DNA from: Piedraia hortae CBS 480.64
Taxonomy: Eukaryota
Assembly (NCBI GenBank): GCA_010093745.1
Contig: MU005988.1
Span: 1 to 64,000, forward strand
Length of the DNA: 64,000 bases
Direction of reading: 5' to 3'
Program-made: the position numbers and the translations under genes
Notes under the pieces: model-generated
Told to the model about the DNA's origin: nothing
The model's input: only the letters and a program-made list of their open reading frames with translations
The model's database searches: none
Shown here: positions 10,403 to 22,213 of the stretch, in pieces
Layout: the number at the start of each line of letters is the position of its first letter
Numbering within the stretch: the first letter of the stretch is position 1

Positions 10403-12566
10403 GAAGTTTTCGCCGAGGACTGAGGGCCAAGCGTGCCTTCATGGGTCCGGGCAGTGCATGCAGCCCTGGCAAATCGGAAAGATAAATATATAACTGACGT
10501 CGACGAGCAGTGGAAAAATGGATCTACGGCAACACTATCAGGAGGTGGCGAATTTTCTACGGCAGTTGAAAGAGGAGGAACTGGACCAAGCTCCATGCTG
10601 TAGCTCCCAGAACCGCTCATCCAAAGCAGCTGAGCACGCCCACAATTCTCCGGATGCCCCCAACTGCTCTGCCCTGTGGTACCATGGCGTTCAGAACGGT
10701 GCTCGCAACGCCGGGCAATGGCATGTTTTGTCAAGAATTAGTGGGGCTCTGCAGTGGTTGTGGTTGGAACTCTTAACGGGTGACATCGGGCCGACATCCG
10801 CACATCCGCATTCATCCGTAGTGAGGACCTGAATCCCGACCCATCATCCGCGTTGTCCGTGACCAAGATTTCGCGGCCATTATGAATCAAATTTCCCGCC
10901 TAGCGGGCGATGGAATCCAACTCGTGGACTTTCGATGACGTTGTGCAGCGCTGCCGGATTCTGTCTAGCGTGATGCAGCATCATCCCATCCCAAGCATCT
11001 GTAGCTGAAATCACGATTCAAAGACAGACGTCAATGTGCCGTCAATGACTCGGTGCATAATGCACCACATTGGCATGTTCCACCTGTCCAATGCCAAAGC
11101 CTTCAAGCCTCTAGCTTGTTGTAGTCGGGCAGACCTTCGTATATACAAATTGCCGTGTTCGTCTTGGAATAACTGCCTTGCTCAGAATCACAAACCCCCA
11201 TCTTATCGCTTGGAAGGTTGTCGTTTAAGCTGTCAAGCAGCTGCTTGCTGGCAACCGCCTCGTAGTTCGCTGTATACAGGTAGCAGCAACACTACCATCG
11301 GGCTGGTCTCTTGTTCTGTTATCAAGTGCCTTTTAACACGCCGCTTTCGGCGCACGAATTGCTAACCATGTCGACGAGCTTGCAGGAACTTCCTTGTTCA
11401 TCAGTTCGAAGTACGTTTGGCCGAGCCTTTGAAGCCTCAATCTCATCCTGGAAAAGAGCCTTATACTTTATCCATGGAGTCGATTCAAATGGAGATACTC
11501 GCTTGGTTGCAGGCTGCATATAGTGCAGCCGGTCAGAGAAGCCGCTTTATAGAACATATCTTTACCAGCACTATATGGTGAAAGCGACACACCTCATACC
11601 TCGCAGCTTTGTTCTTGCTCGATGCTTCCGCAACTGTTTCGCATCATGGCATTAACAGCTCGACCTCTGATATATATTGCATTGCCGAATCCCTTCACCG
11701 CTGGTTGACCATCACCGACGGGAATGTCAGAGGCTCGTCTCTACCTCATCGTGGACATTCCTTTATTCTTGGATGAGATGATTCCAGCAAGCTTGCCGGC
11801 TAAACCCCCTGCATGGAGTCTGTTGAGCACATCACGCAGCCATCAACTTATCTTGCAGCGTCCCCTTTACCGGTCGATCATATGCGTGTTTGCTCCTACT
11901 ACTGGATGTATCTGCTTGAAAGTACAAATTGCTCTCTCCCATCGAACCCATGGCGCAAGGCGGAGGAGTACGGTCATCGCCAAACAAGCCACACAGCGAG
12001 AACCACAATGCAATGTCTTTTTTGGAGAAGCAGTCTTGCTAGACCGAGAACCAACCTCCAACGACAGCGCAACGGAGGAAGACGGAACTCCAAGTCCAGA
12101 ACGACGTGTTGCTGTAAACCATGCGTGAGGCTGGGAATTGGCCGACATGCGGACGACCTATGGAGCCATCACGCTTCAGCATGAGTACAGGACGTGATTG
12201 GCGGCATGGGTAGGTACATTGTGCATCAAAAGTCATAATTTCATCGGGCCACTCTAGTTCATTACTCAAAGCAAGGCAGACATGACTCCCGATTCAATGT
12301 CGCCGAATCATACGGAGTTCAGACTTATCAAAGGTCCTCGCGTCAACGCCAGAAGTCGCAACTGTCGGATATATGACTGTCAGCCTGGCAATCTGTCAAC
12401 CTTTCATGCATCGAAAGAAGTTTCTAAATTTTCAGCTCACATCTTGGCAAACTGGAGCGAAATGAAGTTTGCGTGTCTTTTCCCCACTGCCTTCGACCTT
12501 ACCTCTTACCACAACACCATCAACATTACACCGCATAGCAATTACCATCAATACAATAACATACCA

Positions 12567-13309
12567 ATGGCCGACTATCATCCACCTCCGCAGGGCTACT
12601 CCTCCTGGTGTACTTATTGGGAGGAGAAATACCCCGAAGAGCACCCCTTTGATGTCGACATGGTCCCCCACTTCTTTGACCAGCTTGATCCTGCCAGCAT
12701 GCCGGCAGAAGCCGCCTGCCCGATCTGCATGATCCTGTACCACGAGAGTGACCCTTCCTCCCCTTCCCCTCCCCCTCCCCGACGGTATGAACGCTAACGT
12801 GAATTTCTGCAGCACCAGGCGAAGCGGTCGTCAACCTTCCCTGCGAGGTGGGGCACACGGTGCACTGGCAATGTGCCTTTCACTGGTTCAATCAGTCTCC
12901 CACATGCCCTTACGACCGCAAGATCGTCATGAACAAGGGGAACTTCACCTTGCCCATGATGGAATTTAACGGATACTATCAGTACGACGGCAATTTCTAT
13001 GAACATGACGATGACAACGTCGAAGACGAGTCTAGTGACTCGGAGGACTGTGCAGAAATCTCAATCCAGGCGGATAACGACAATGCCGTGGATAGAGACC
13101 AGGACATGTCATCCGATGACGATGCAGCCACGGACCCCGAAGTGGACGAAGTTTACGTTGCCATTCGGGACAATTTCCCTCCCCCGCAGGAGAATGAAGT
13201 TAACGGAGACCAAGACTACCCTGATATTGGGGGCCTGACCTATGAAGGGCTGAGGAGGTTGTTGAACGAGGCAAGGGAGCTCTTCGATTCGCAAAACACA
13301 TGGATGTGA
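12567..13309 (+). CDS. RING-H2-like zinc finger protein with acidic tail (exons 12567-12747 and 12813-13309)
   Basis: CPIC in exon 1 joins in frame through a 65-nt GT..CTAAC..CAG intron to LPCEVGHTVHWQCAFHWFNQSPTCPYDR. Confidence 0.8.
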
Positions 13310-13837
13310 TACGAGCAGGCCGACTGCACACTTGTCAAGCCGGTAGACAGACGCATCTTGGACGGTTTATCGATGTAGTGTGTAACACGTTGCAGATCCC
13401 CGGACTCGCCTTCTAGGCGTCCTGACGACGCACATGGGACATGAATCGCCATGGTCCCCGTAACAAGTAGAACCCGTGGGAATATGTTCACGTTGATCTC
13501 CGCCATATATTCCGACAATACACATCGCCAACGACGAACACTTCAACCGCTTTACGCCCTCTCATCCCCCATAATGCACCAAAATTTGCCCACGAAACCC
13601 ACCCTGAACTCGTTCCCTAAGTCTCTCTAAACCCACACCATAGAATTTGACAGACGGGCCGATCCGTCTTTGCCAAAACAAACCTGTCAAACCATAAGAC
13701 TGAGTGTTGAAGGGTCGTCACTTCAACATCACTCCCCCATCACTTACGAAAAGACGAGCCATCCCACGAACGTGAAGCAAACCCACAATAAATATTTACG
13801 CCCACGCTATGCACCATCCCAACCCAGTAAATGCATC

Positions 13838-16267
13838 TCACTTTCCAGAAGACTCTCCACCCCGTCGTTTACTCAACCTCCTCCTCTCTCTCCCTTCCTC
13901 CCAATGCAACAAGGAGTTCCTCCACGACCTCCTGGAACTCGACCTCTCCCGCGAAGCCCGCGAGGCATCCATCCCAAGGTCCCCATCCCCATCTCCCTCC
14001 CCCTCCCCCTCCCCCTCCCCCAACAAATTCACCTCAACTCCCCTTCCCTCCACGAGCGGGCTCGAAATGTGGGTGAAACTCTTCCTTGAAAGCGGCGAGC
14101 GTTCCTTTTCAATTTTAGACCTCGGAGGTGCAAGAAGCGAGCCCTCCTCCTCCCCCACCTCCGCCACATCCTGGCGGGCGGGTGAAGGCGAACGGACCGC
14201 AATAGGATAATGAAGTGAGATATCCCCCTCCGACTCCGACTCCGAATGAGAGGTATGCAGAGCGTTTTGGGTGGGATAAGAAGGGTACTGACCCGCCTCG
14301 CGGAGGAAGCTGTCCAGCCTCCTTGGCGTGGCGATTGATGCCGTACTCGACCTAGCGGAGTCGGGGAATTTGGGAGACTTCGTCCCGGAGTCGTTGGCTT
14401 GTTTGTACCACCCCCCGGGAAGTTCCTCGGCGGCGTGGAAGCGGCCTTCGAGCTTTGGTTCTGGGATAAGGGGTGTGGGTCTCGCCCCGGTGCGGCCGGG
14501 TTCGGTGGAGGAGAGGAGGGATGCTTCGCGCGCGGGGAAGGTGGTGAAATCTACGTTTAACTCGTCGCCGCCTTCTTTGGCTTTTTCGACGGCTTGGGCG
14601 GGTGTGGTGTTTTCGTCCGCTTTGGTTGCGTCGGCGCGTGGTCCGCCCCAGGTTCGTTGACCCGCGGTGAAGATCGCCCGGACCATGTACAGCCAGTTCA
14701 TGAAGGGGTTGACGACGAACATGAGAGGGTAGAGCATGATTTTGTAGCGGCCCAGCTTGGCGCCGAAGTAGAGCATCAGTGCCCAGTTCAGGCCCAGGGA
14801 GACGCCAATAAAGCCTACGGGGAGGTTGCCGATTTTTTGTTCGGTGGTGATGATGGATATTACCATGATGAAGAATAAGAGGGCTGTTGTGCGGATGGTG
14901 TTTTGAGCGAGGCGGATGATGATGAGGAGTGGGTAGCGGCGCCAGAGACGCATGTCGGTTAACATGCAGACTTCGTTGGAGATGAAGCCGAGGAACCAGC
15001 GTCGACGCTGTTTGAGGAGAGATTTGAATGTCTGCACTGCTTCGGTCTTGCAGAAGGCGCCTGTGTTCATCTGGATTTGATATCGCTGGCGCGCGCCGAT
15101 CATGAAGAGATGTGTTAGCCATCGGTCCTCGCCCAAGTGGCATTTCCAGTAGTCGAACAGATCGGTACAGGCGTCGACCTTCTCGGCAAAGTAGTAGCGG
15201 CTCATCCGTCTAAAGGCTGAGAAGCGTAACATTGTCAATGCCCCCGGCAGACAGGTCACGGCTCCACAGCCGCTCTCGACGGCTCGTTCAAAGAGTTGAC
15301 CGTGGATGTATTCCATGTCTTGCAATACGGTGATTAAAGAGTGCTTGACGGTGGTGGAAGTGATGACTCCAGTCATGGCAAGCATATTCCTCTGACTTCC
15401 CGGCTTGAGCTCCATTTCGTACATGAAGTTCTGAATGCATACCGGATCCAAGATGCAGTCCGAGTCGATAAACAGCACAAACAAGTTGTCATTGCGGCGG
15501 AGATAAGTCGAGTAAATTTTGTCAATCAGTCGATACGTGCGTTTCTGCGTGCTGCGTTTCCCACCGTGAGGAAATCTGGATACGGTAATTCTTGAGTCAT
15601 GGTATGCCAGGTCAATGCTTGGCGGATAGTGGGCCAGGCCGGGTGGGACTCCCAGCTTGGCAACGGTGCCGCGGAAGAGATCGTCTTCAGCCTCGCCGTC
15701 AAAGGAGAGGAAAATGTGCATGCACGAAGGCGGGTAGTCGCAGTCGACAATGGAATCGATGGTCCGAAGAAGGACATCGGGTTCCTCGTTGTAGCATGGC
15801 ATGATAATGACCACTTTTGGCGCCGAATGCTCGTCCAGAACGGTTTTGATGCGTCGCCGGCGGCCTACATTGCGCGTAACCAGCTGGTAGACGCAAAAGA
15901 GCCACGGCACAACCAGAAGTCCGGCAAACGAGTAAAACGCAAACCACTGGAGCACTTCAACCATGGCAGTGGGAAACACGCGCACAATCTGAGAAGGCAA
16001 CGGCAAAGTGACGATCATGATGGGCAGGAAGATGCAGCGCATGCAGAAGAAGAATATCATGTTCATCACTGCCAGGATGCGAATGCTCCATCGATACGGG
16101 CCATCTGCCTTCTGGAAGACTTTACCCAGACAGTACAGAAAGGCCAGCAGCCACAGGATCCATTCGAGCAGGGCGGCCAGCATAACACTGCCGACAATGC
16201 TGACATAGATGATGTCCTTGACCGGCCAATCTACGGCGGCCTTTCGCGCGATCCATTGGTGGAGCAT
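13838..16267 (-). CDS. Chitin synthase (GT2; short ChsD-like class without myosin or cytochrome b5 domains)
   Basis: Motifs PCYNE, SFDG, HGGKR, FIDSD, LQDMEY, VTCLPG, LGEDRWLT and QRRRW, with N- and C-terminal transmembrane segments. Confidence 0.95.
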   Translation of the reverse strand: MLHQWIARKAAVDWPVKDIIYVSIVGSVMLAALLEWILWLLAFLYCLGKVFQKADGPYRWSIRILAVMNMIFFFCMRCIFLPIMIVTLPLPSQIVRVFPTAMVEVLQWFAFYSFAGLLVVPWLFCVYQLVTRNVGRRRRIKTVLDEHSAPKVVIIMPCYNEEPDVLLRTIDSIVDCDYPPSCMHIFLSFDGEAEDDLFRGTVAKLGVPPGLAHYPPSIDLAYHDSRITVSRFPHGGKRSTQKRTYRLIDKIYSTYLRRNDNLFVLFIDSDCILDPVCIQNFMYEMELKPGSQRNMLAMTGVITSTTVKHSLITVLQDMEYIHGQLFERAVESGCGAVTCLPGALTMLRFSAFRRMSRYYFAEKVDACTDLFDYWKCHLGEDRWLTHLFMIGARQRYQIQMNTGAFCKTEAVQTFKSLLKQRRRWFLGFISNEVCMLTDMRLWRRYPLLIIIRLAQNTIRTTALLFFIMVISIITTEQKIGNLPVGFIGVSLGLNWALMLYFGAKLGRYKIMLYPLMFVVNPFMNWLYMVRAIFTAGQRTWGGPRADATKADENTTPAQAVEKAKEGGDELNVDFTTFPAREASLLSSTEPGRTGARPTPLIPEPKLEGRFHAAEELPGGWYKQANDSGTKSPKFPDSARSSTASIATPRRLDSFLREAGQYPSYPTQNALHTSHSESESEGDISLHYPIAVRSPSPARQDVAEVGEEEGSLLAPPRSKIEKERSPLSRKSFTHISSPLVEGRGVEVNLLGEGEGEGEGDGDGDLGMDASRASRERSSSRRSWRNSLLHWEEGRERRRLSKRRGGESSGK

Positions 16268-16641
16268 TACCGCCCTCGGTGGAGGAGCTTCCTCTTTACA
16301 TGTGGAGGTTCATGGGGATAATCCGCGACTATTTATGCATGCCGGTTTGCGCGCGCTTTTTCCTGCAACTTTGCCATGCGCCACTCGCTTCCCGGGTTAA
16401 TCGTCTAATTTGGGACTGTTTGGGCCTGCCTGTGGGGTCACGTCACAACGACTATGCCCGCAAGCAGTGCTACAGCAACAGCACATGGTCAACTTGGCCA
16501 TCTTCCACCTGAACAGCTCAAGCGCAGATCTTCCCAGATGGATCCGCGCTCGAGATGATCCCTGCGCGAATCCATTGCTAGCGTGCTTCTAGAACAGACC
16601 GCGTGATTTAGGGTTAGGTCTTATGCAGGCTTATGTGGTGC

Positions 16642-16679
16642 AGCACGGCTATTCCCACGTAGCACGGCTATTCCCATGT
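16642..16679. repeat. 19-bp tandem duplication upstream of the chitin synthase
   Basis: AGCACGGCTATTCCCACGT followed by AGCACGGCTATTCCCATGT (1 mismatch). Confidence 0.85.
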
Positions 16680-17172
16680 AGGCAAAATCGGGATAAGTCC
16701 GTTCGTAATTTAGGTTGGAATTAGCTAACAGCGTGCTTCCTGCTGCAGGCTGTCCGATCCTATTGTGTTCGACTGCAAGGTGTTTCTCGTCTGAAAGTCA
16801 TGGACACGGAGAATTTGGAACAAACCGTGGAGCTGGACTACGTAGGAATTAGCATCCTAGTGTTGAGACGAAAGCCGTAGGACTCAACGCTAGGTGTATC
16901 CAGAGCTACACTAATGTCCACCCGAACAATAGTGTCTTGAGACGGTCAAGTCTACCCCATCGTTCAATTAATATCCTCATCAGGTATGGCAATGCACTAG
17001 AAAAAAGGCCGTTTCCCGTCGAATCGTCCAGCCAACCACTCGATTCCAACTCCTGAATGGCAGATGATACGCCCCAACGCCCGCTGAAGTCAAACAAAGC
17101 ATTCGTGTCCATCGATCATCGATCCAACGTTGTTCAACGAGCATTATCCCACGGACCCAGGCCAAAGAAATG

Positions 17173-18338
17173 CTATAATATTCCAGAATCTTTTAGGGCG
17201 TTTTGTAGTATCGTCTCCTTCACCGCCGCAAATACGAGGCGAATGTTTGACGTGTCGGTGGCTTGAGTCAGGCTGTGGAGTTAGTTTCGATTCAGAACTG
17301 CCGTTCGCCAAGAACACTTACTGAGGATACAAATTCAAGTGCGCCCTGTTCACCTGGCTGAACCGCCAGAGCAGGTATTTCGCAGCACGGTTCACATCGT
17401 CGCCGCCCGTATAATCGCGGAAATAATTCACCATTGGCGATCGCTGCAGCTTGACCCGGAACAGATCGACTTTGTTGAGGAATAGGATGATCGAGGTACG
17501 CATGAACCAGCGTGAATTGACAACAGAGTCAAAGAGGACAAGCGATTCATTCATCCGGTTCTGGGTGCTCTCTTCCAAGAGGACCTGGTCATACTCACTC
17601 AGAGCCACGCAGAAGATGATAGATGTCACGTTCTCAAAGCAATGGATCCATTTTTTCCGCTCGCTGCGTTGACCGCCTACGTCAAACATGCTATGCCGGT
17701 TAGCTATGGGTGTGGCCGGAGAGAAACACTGACTGTATGCTTAGCTGACCCATCTGGAAACGAGTCTCATAGATTCCAGTGGTTTTTGTTCGCGCCCGCA
17801 GCACGTCCGACTCTGTTGGAACGTAATCAGGGCTGATCAGCCGCTGCACGTTGGTGAAGAAATACGGAGCAGAGTCCATAAGGTAGAACTCGTTCTCGTG
17901 CTTCATCAGCTGCGGAATGTTGGCATCGCCCCAGACAGCAGTCACGGCATCGGCCAACTTGGGATCAAGAGCGTGTTGAGTATCGCCCTCTGGTGAATAT
18001 TCGTCAATCCATTTGGCCCACGTCTGGTTCTCTGGCGTCGAAAGCTCAATTTGAAACTGGCCCAGGGCGCCGGTGAGGGCTTTTGCGCTGTCAATCAGGT
18101 TCTTGTAGATGGTCTGCCGGTACTGAGACAATTCTTCCAAGTTGTAGCCGTTTTGATGGATGATCTTCATCTGCTTCACCACCGTGCTCTTGCCGCTCTC
18201 GCCAGAGCCCAGCAGCAGGATCTTGCATTCCCGGCGCAGCCGTCTGGAGTCTTCCTCGAGCGAGCGGTCGATAGCCTGGCTGCGCTTGCGGCCCTCACCC
18301 TCGGCGGCGCCGCCGCTGCTCATGCACATGCCCATCAT
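17173..18338 (-). CDS. Heterotrimeric G-protein alpha subunit, fungal group III (GNA-3/GanB/MagA-like); introns 17733-17691 and 17321-17273
   Basis: MGMCMS acylation-type N-terminus, [26 protein letters not shown], and spliced C-terminus [32 protein letters not shown]. Confidence 0.96.
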
Positions 18339-20354
18339 GCACGGCGGGAGCGTGCGGCGACAGCCTCGAGGATGGCCGGCGCAACACAGGGAAGACGAGC
18401 GGAGGCGGGCGGCGTCACGGTGCGGCGTGCACCGGCGTTGAGCTCAGCATTCACTTTTTGGAGCTTGGGCGGAGTGAGAGCCTGGCTGCCAATCGCCCGG
18501 ACTCTATATCACGTGGTCACAAGTATGTCTTGCTGCTATGTGAGACAGGGAGATAGACAGAAGAGTCTGCCAAGGGCCAGCCGGCCCGGAATGCGCGCGA
18601 GACTTGCGCTGGGCGGGGAGAGTGGCGGGCGGGGCGGGTGGCGGTGGTGGTATTGCTGACGTTGATTGACAATTGAACGCTATTTGCTTTAGCCGGGCTC
18701 GAACACCGTCCGCTTTGACGGCCCAATTCATGGACCGCCCATCAAGTCCCGGCTGCCTGATGCAGATCTTAGGGTTAGGTCGGTCGCCCGTTAATGAACC
18801 TGGCCCTGGATCGGCACCACCTCTGAGCATTGAAACGGTGCAACAGCCACTGGTCTGCCAACCAATGTGCTTGTGCACGGGCAGTTAGAACACCCCTCCG
18901 TTGCCCCGGTTGCACCGCGGCTTTTATCAAACTGTTTCTGATCAAGAATGTCGGCCTTCAGTTGCCGACTCCCGTGCCACACCCGTCTGCTGGCTTGGAC
19001 TTGAAATGAGACGTTTAGCAGACGTTGAGATTCTAATGAATGGCGAATTACTGTGCCATGTCTTGCACCGTGTCAGGTCGGAAGAGGGAGACAACGAAGA
19101 CAATCGAGTAGGGAATCTTGGAAACACCGCCATCACTTCTGCCATGTGTCGCAAATGGTAGTTATCTTGTGATTCTTTGTTGATTCATCGCACTACCTGT
19201 CAAATTCTCGTGCGGGCTCTTCAAAACCCAACTGTTGCTGAAGCTTCATCGCCAGGTAAAACCTGTGGATTCGGGTTGGAGCATCTTGTGCTTCTAGCAT
19301 GCGATGCACTTAGTATATCTTCAAGATTAGAATATGGTTCACTGGCTAACATGGTGAGTTGTTCTCGACACCGTAAGGATTGATTCAATGCTCCCTGTTA
19401 CATCTTACTCTCAATCTGCTGTTTATCCTTGTCTTGAACGTGAGCTTTGATTCAAATTTGTTCAGATCGATCAATTAGATATAAAACATCGATCGGGTTT
19501 TCGAAATGTTTCTCGTGTCTACGAAGAGAGTGTCTGGTTTCACTTTAGCAACGGTTGACTCCACGCTGGCTTTGGCGGTCCACCCCAACGCGGCAAGGCG
19601 GAAATGAAATAGGCAAAGGGTACGAGGGCAGTTATAATCGAAGACCCTAATCATCGTTCAGGTCCCATATTCATCAAGGGATCACTTTCATGCAGCCTCT
19701 CGAGACACTCCGTCACTTCGAGAAGCTACCTTACAGCCTCGACAGATCTAGTCTTGTTACCGGGGCTCGGAGTCACTCAAAGTGGGAGTCTTATTGATAG
19801 AGTTACCACAGTCATAACCACCATTTCCATTAGAAGCTACACCAGAATTTCAGTTCTCACCACGGCTAGCCGAAATTCAATATCGCTGATCCTTCCACTG
19901 GGCTTATCATCAAATGCCTCGTGTGACTGATCAACCTTTGCATTACTGGCAAGAACGTTCACCTGGGAAAGGAACGCACATAACAACAGAACGAAAAGAT
20001 GTGATCGCAGAGTCTCCAATACTGGACCATGTTCAAAGTTTACTTGCACGATAATTAGCAAAACCTGATGTAATATGCCGATAACATGTGAATCTCATTA
20101 ACATCGAAGATGATAAATCAAGCCAATCAAATCTTACCGTTGAAATCCACGAGATATTGGGCTTGGCTCCGGCTCGGCCCTATGGTGCCGCCACGGGAAA
20201 CAACTACAACTTGTGCGTCCCGCAGCAGCCGCCTCAACCTCTCTTCTGTCTCGCTCCTTCTCAATCTCATCGTTCGTTCAAACCTTGTCGTGCACTTCCC
20301 CGGACCTCTGTATTCGACAAATACGCCAACCGCGCTGTGCAAACAACCGCCACC

Positions 20355-21674
20355 ATGGCCGAATTTGTCCGCGCACAGATCTTTGGAACGACGTTTGAGA
20401 TCACGAGCAGATACACCGACCTGCAGCCTGTTGGAATGGGAGCCTTTGGTCTTGTCTGGTGAGTGCCGCGGTAGATACCCGAGCGCTTACTGACCGACCA
20501 GCTCGGCCAAGGATCAACTCACCAGCCAGGCTGTCGCTGTAAAGAAGATTATGAAACCCTTCAGCACCCCCGTGTTGGCCAAGAGAACTTACCGCGAGCT
20601 GAAGCTGCTCAAACATTTGAAGCACGAGAATGTTTGTTCGCCTGCAGCTCAAGAAATCGCCACCTCTGACTTTTGCAGGTCATCAGCTTGAGTGACATCT
20701 TCATTTCACCTCTAGAGGATATGTACGTCGGTAAGCGGAGCTGTCGCCCTCCATCCCGCGCTCACAACGACTCACAGCTATTTCGTGACCGAATTACTTG
20801 GCACCGACCTGCACCGCCTGCTTACCTCGCGGCCTCTGGAGAAGCAATTTATCCAGTACTTTCTGTACCAGATTCTGGTAAGTTTAGCATCTGTTTTATT
20901 GTCTTGGCGCTCACATGTGTCAAGCGGGGTCTGAAGTACGTGCATTCGGCTGGTGTCGTCCACCGTGACCTCAAGCCGTCCAACATCCTGATAAACGAGA
21001 ACTGCGACCTCAAGATCTGCGATTTCGGCCTAGCACGTATCCAGGATCCACAGATGACGGGTTACGTCTCGACGCGCTACTATCGAGCGCCGGAGATCAT
21101 GCTGACGTGGCAAAAGTACGATGTCGAGGTGGATATCTGGAGTGTTGGCTGCATCTTTGCCGAGATGCTAGAGGGCAAGCCGTTGTTCCCCGGTAAGGAT
21201 CACGTGCATCAATTTAGAATCATTACCGACCTCTTGGGAGCACCGCCGGATGATGTCATCAACACCATCTGTTCGGAGAACACGCTGCGGTTTGTCCAGT
21301 CGCTACCGAAGCGGGAACGTCAGCCGCTCAAGGACAAGTTTAAGAATGCTGATCCTCAAGCCATTGAGCTTCTCGAGCGGATCCTTGTTTTCGACCCGCG
21401 AAAGCGCATAAAGGCCGGTGAGGCATTAGCCGATCCCTATTTAGCCCCGTATCACGATCCTACTGATGAACCCGAGGCAGAGGAGAAGTTCGACTGGAGC
21501 TTCAACGATGCCGATCTACCTGTCGACACATGGAAAATTATGATGTATGTTGTGCCAGTTTCTTCCAGATCAAGCACACTAACAGGGGTCAGGTACTCGG
21601 AAATCCTCGACTATCACAACGTGGAGGCTAGTGATGTTGAGGGTGCAGCGGAAGACAACGAGGCGGTTCCCTGA
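20355..21674 (+). CDS. HOG1: Stress-activated MAP kinase Hog1/SakA (5 short introns)
   Basis: [21 protein letters not shown]-terminus, [33 protein letters not shown] (TGY), YHDPTDEP. Confidence 0.98.
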
Positions 21675-22213
21675 GGCGTATAAAGCAAATATATGAGAGC
21701 ATTCCAACGACAAGCTCTGAACTTTTCTCGGGCCGCGAAGTTTGTGTTTAGCTAGTGACGTATGCTGTTCACTTACCATTTTGATCAGCATCAGTGCGGA
21801 ATCAGGCTTGTAACTAGACCCTTCGCTATGCCCTAACATGGCGCATGCCAGCACTTTGCCGTTCGTGTTGGCTCAATCGAAGACATCGCCTTGCGCATGT
21901 ATCCCAAATCTGACTTTGCAGTTTGATCCCAGCGCTGTCACTTTATCGTTGCTTGGTTTCCGGCTGGGTACAGACTGACAGTTCATGCCACGAGGCTGTA
22001 GGTGTGCTAAGCCACAGGCCAGAATGGAAATATATTTAGCTTGAGGTAGCACGCTGGACTTTCGGGCTACCCACTGTCCTCTTAATCAATGTACGAGGTT
22101 TACGGTGAGATGTTTCATGAATCTACTATTTTAAATGGCTGCCCTCAAACAGCACATTGCAGAGACACTTTTTGCTCGTTTCACAAAAAAAAAAAAAAAA
22201 AAAAAAGCCCAGC

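Noticed and set aside
13978..14020. CCCCCT hexamer repeat
   Set aside because: Encodes the GEGEGEGDGD low-complexity tail of the chitin synthase.
16642..16679. Direct repeats as a CRISPR-like array
   Set aside because: Only two adjacent units with no spacers, in a eukaryotic context.
22185..22206. A22 run just past the AVL9 stop, with similar runs near 51660 and 57090
   Set aside because: Simple homopolymers with no TSD or retroposed body. The A22 run is poly-U in the AVL9 sense.
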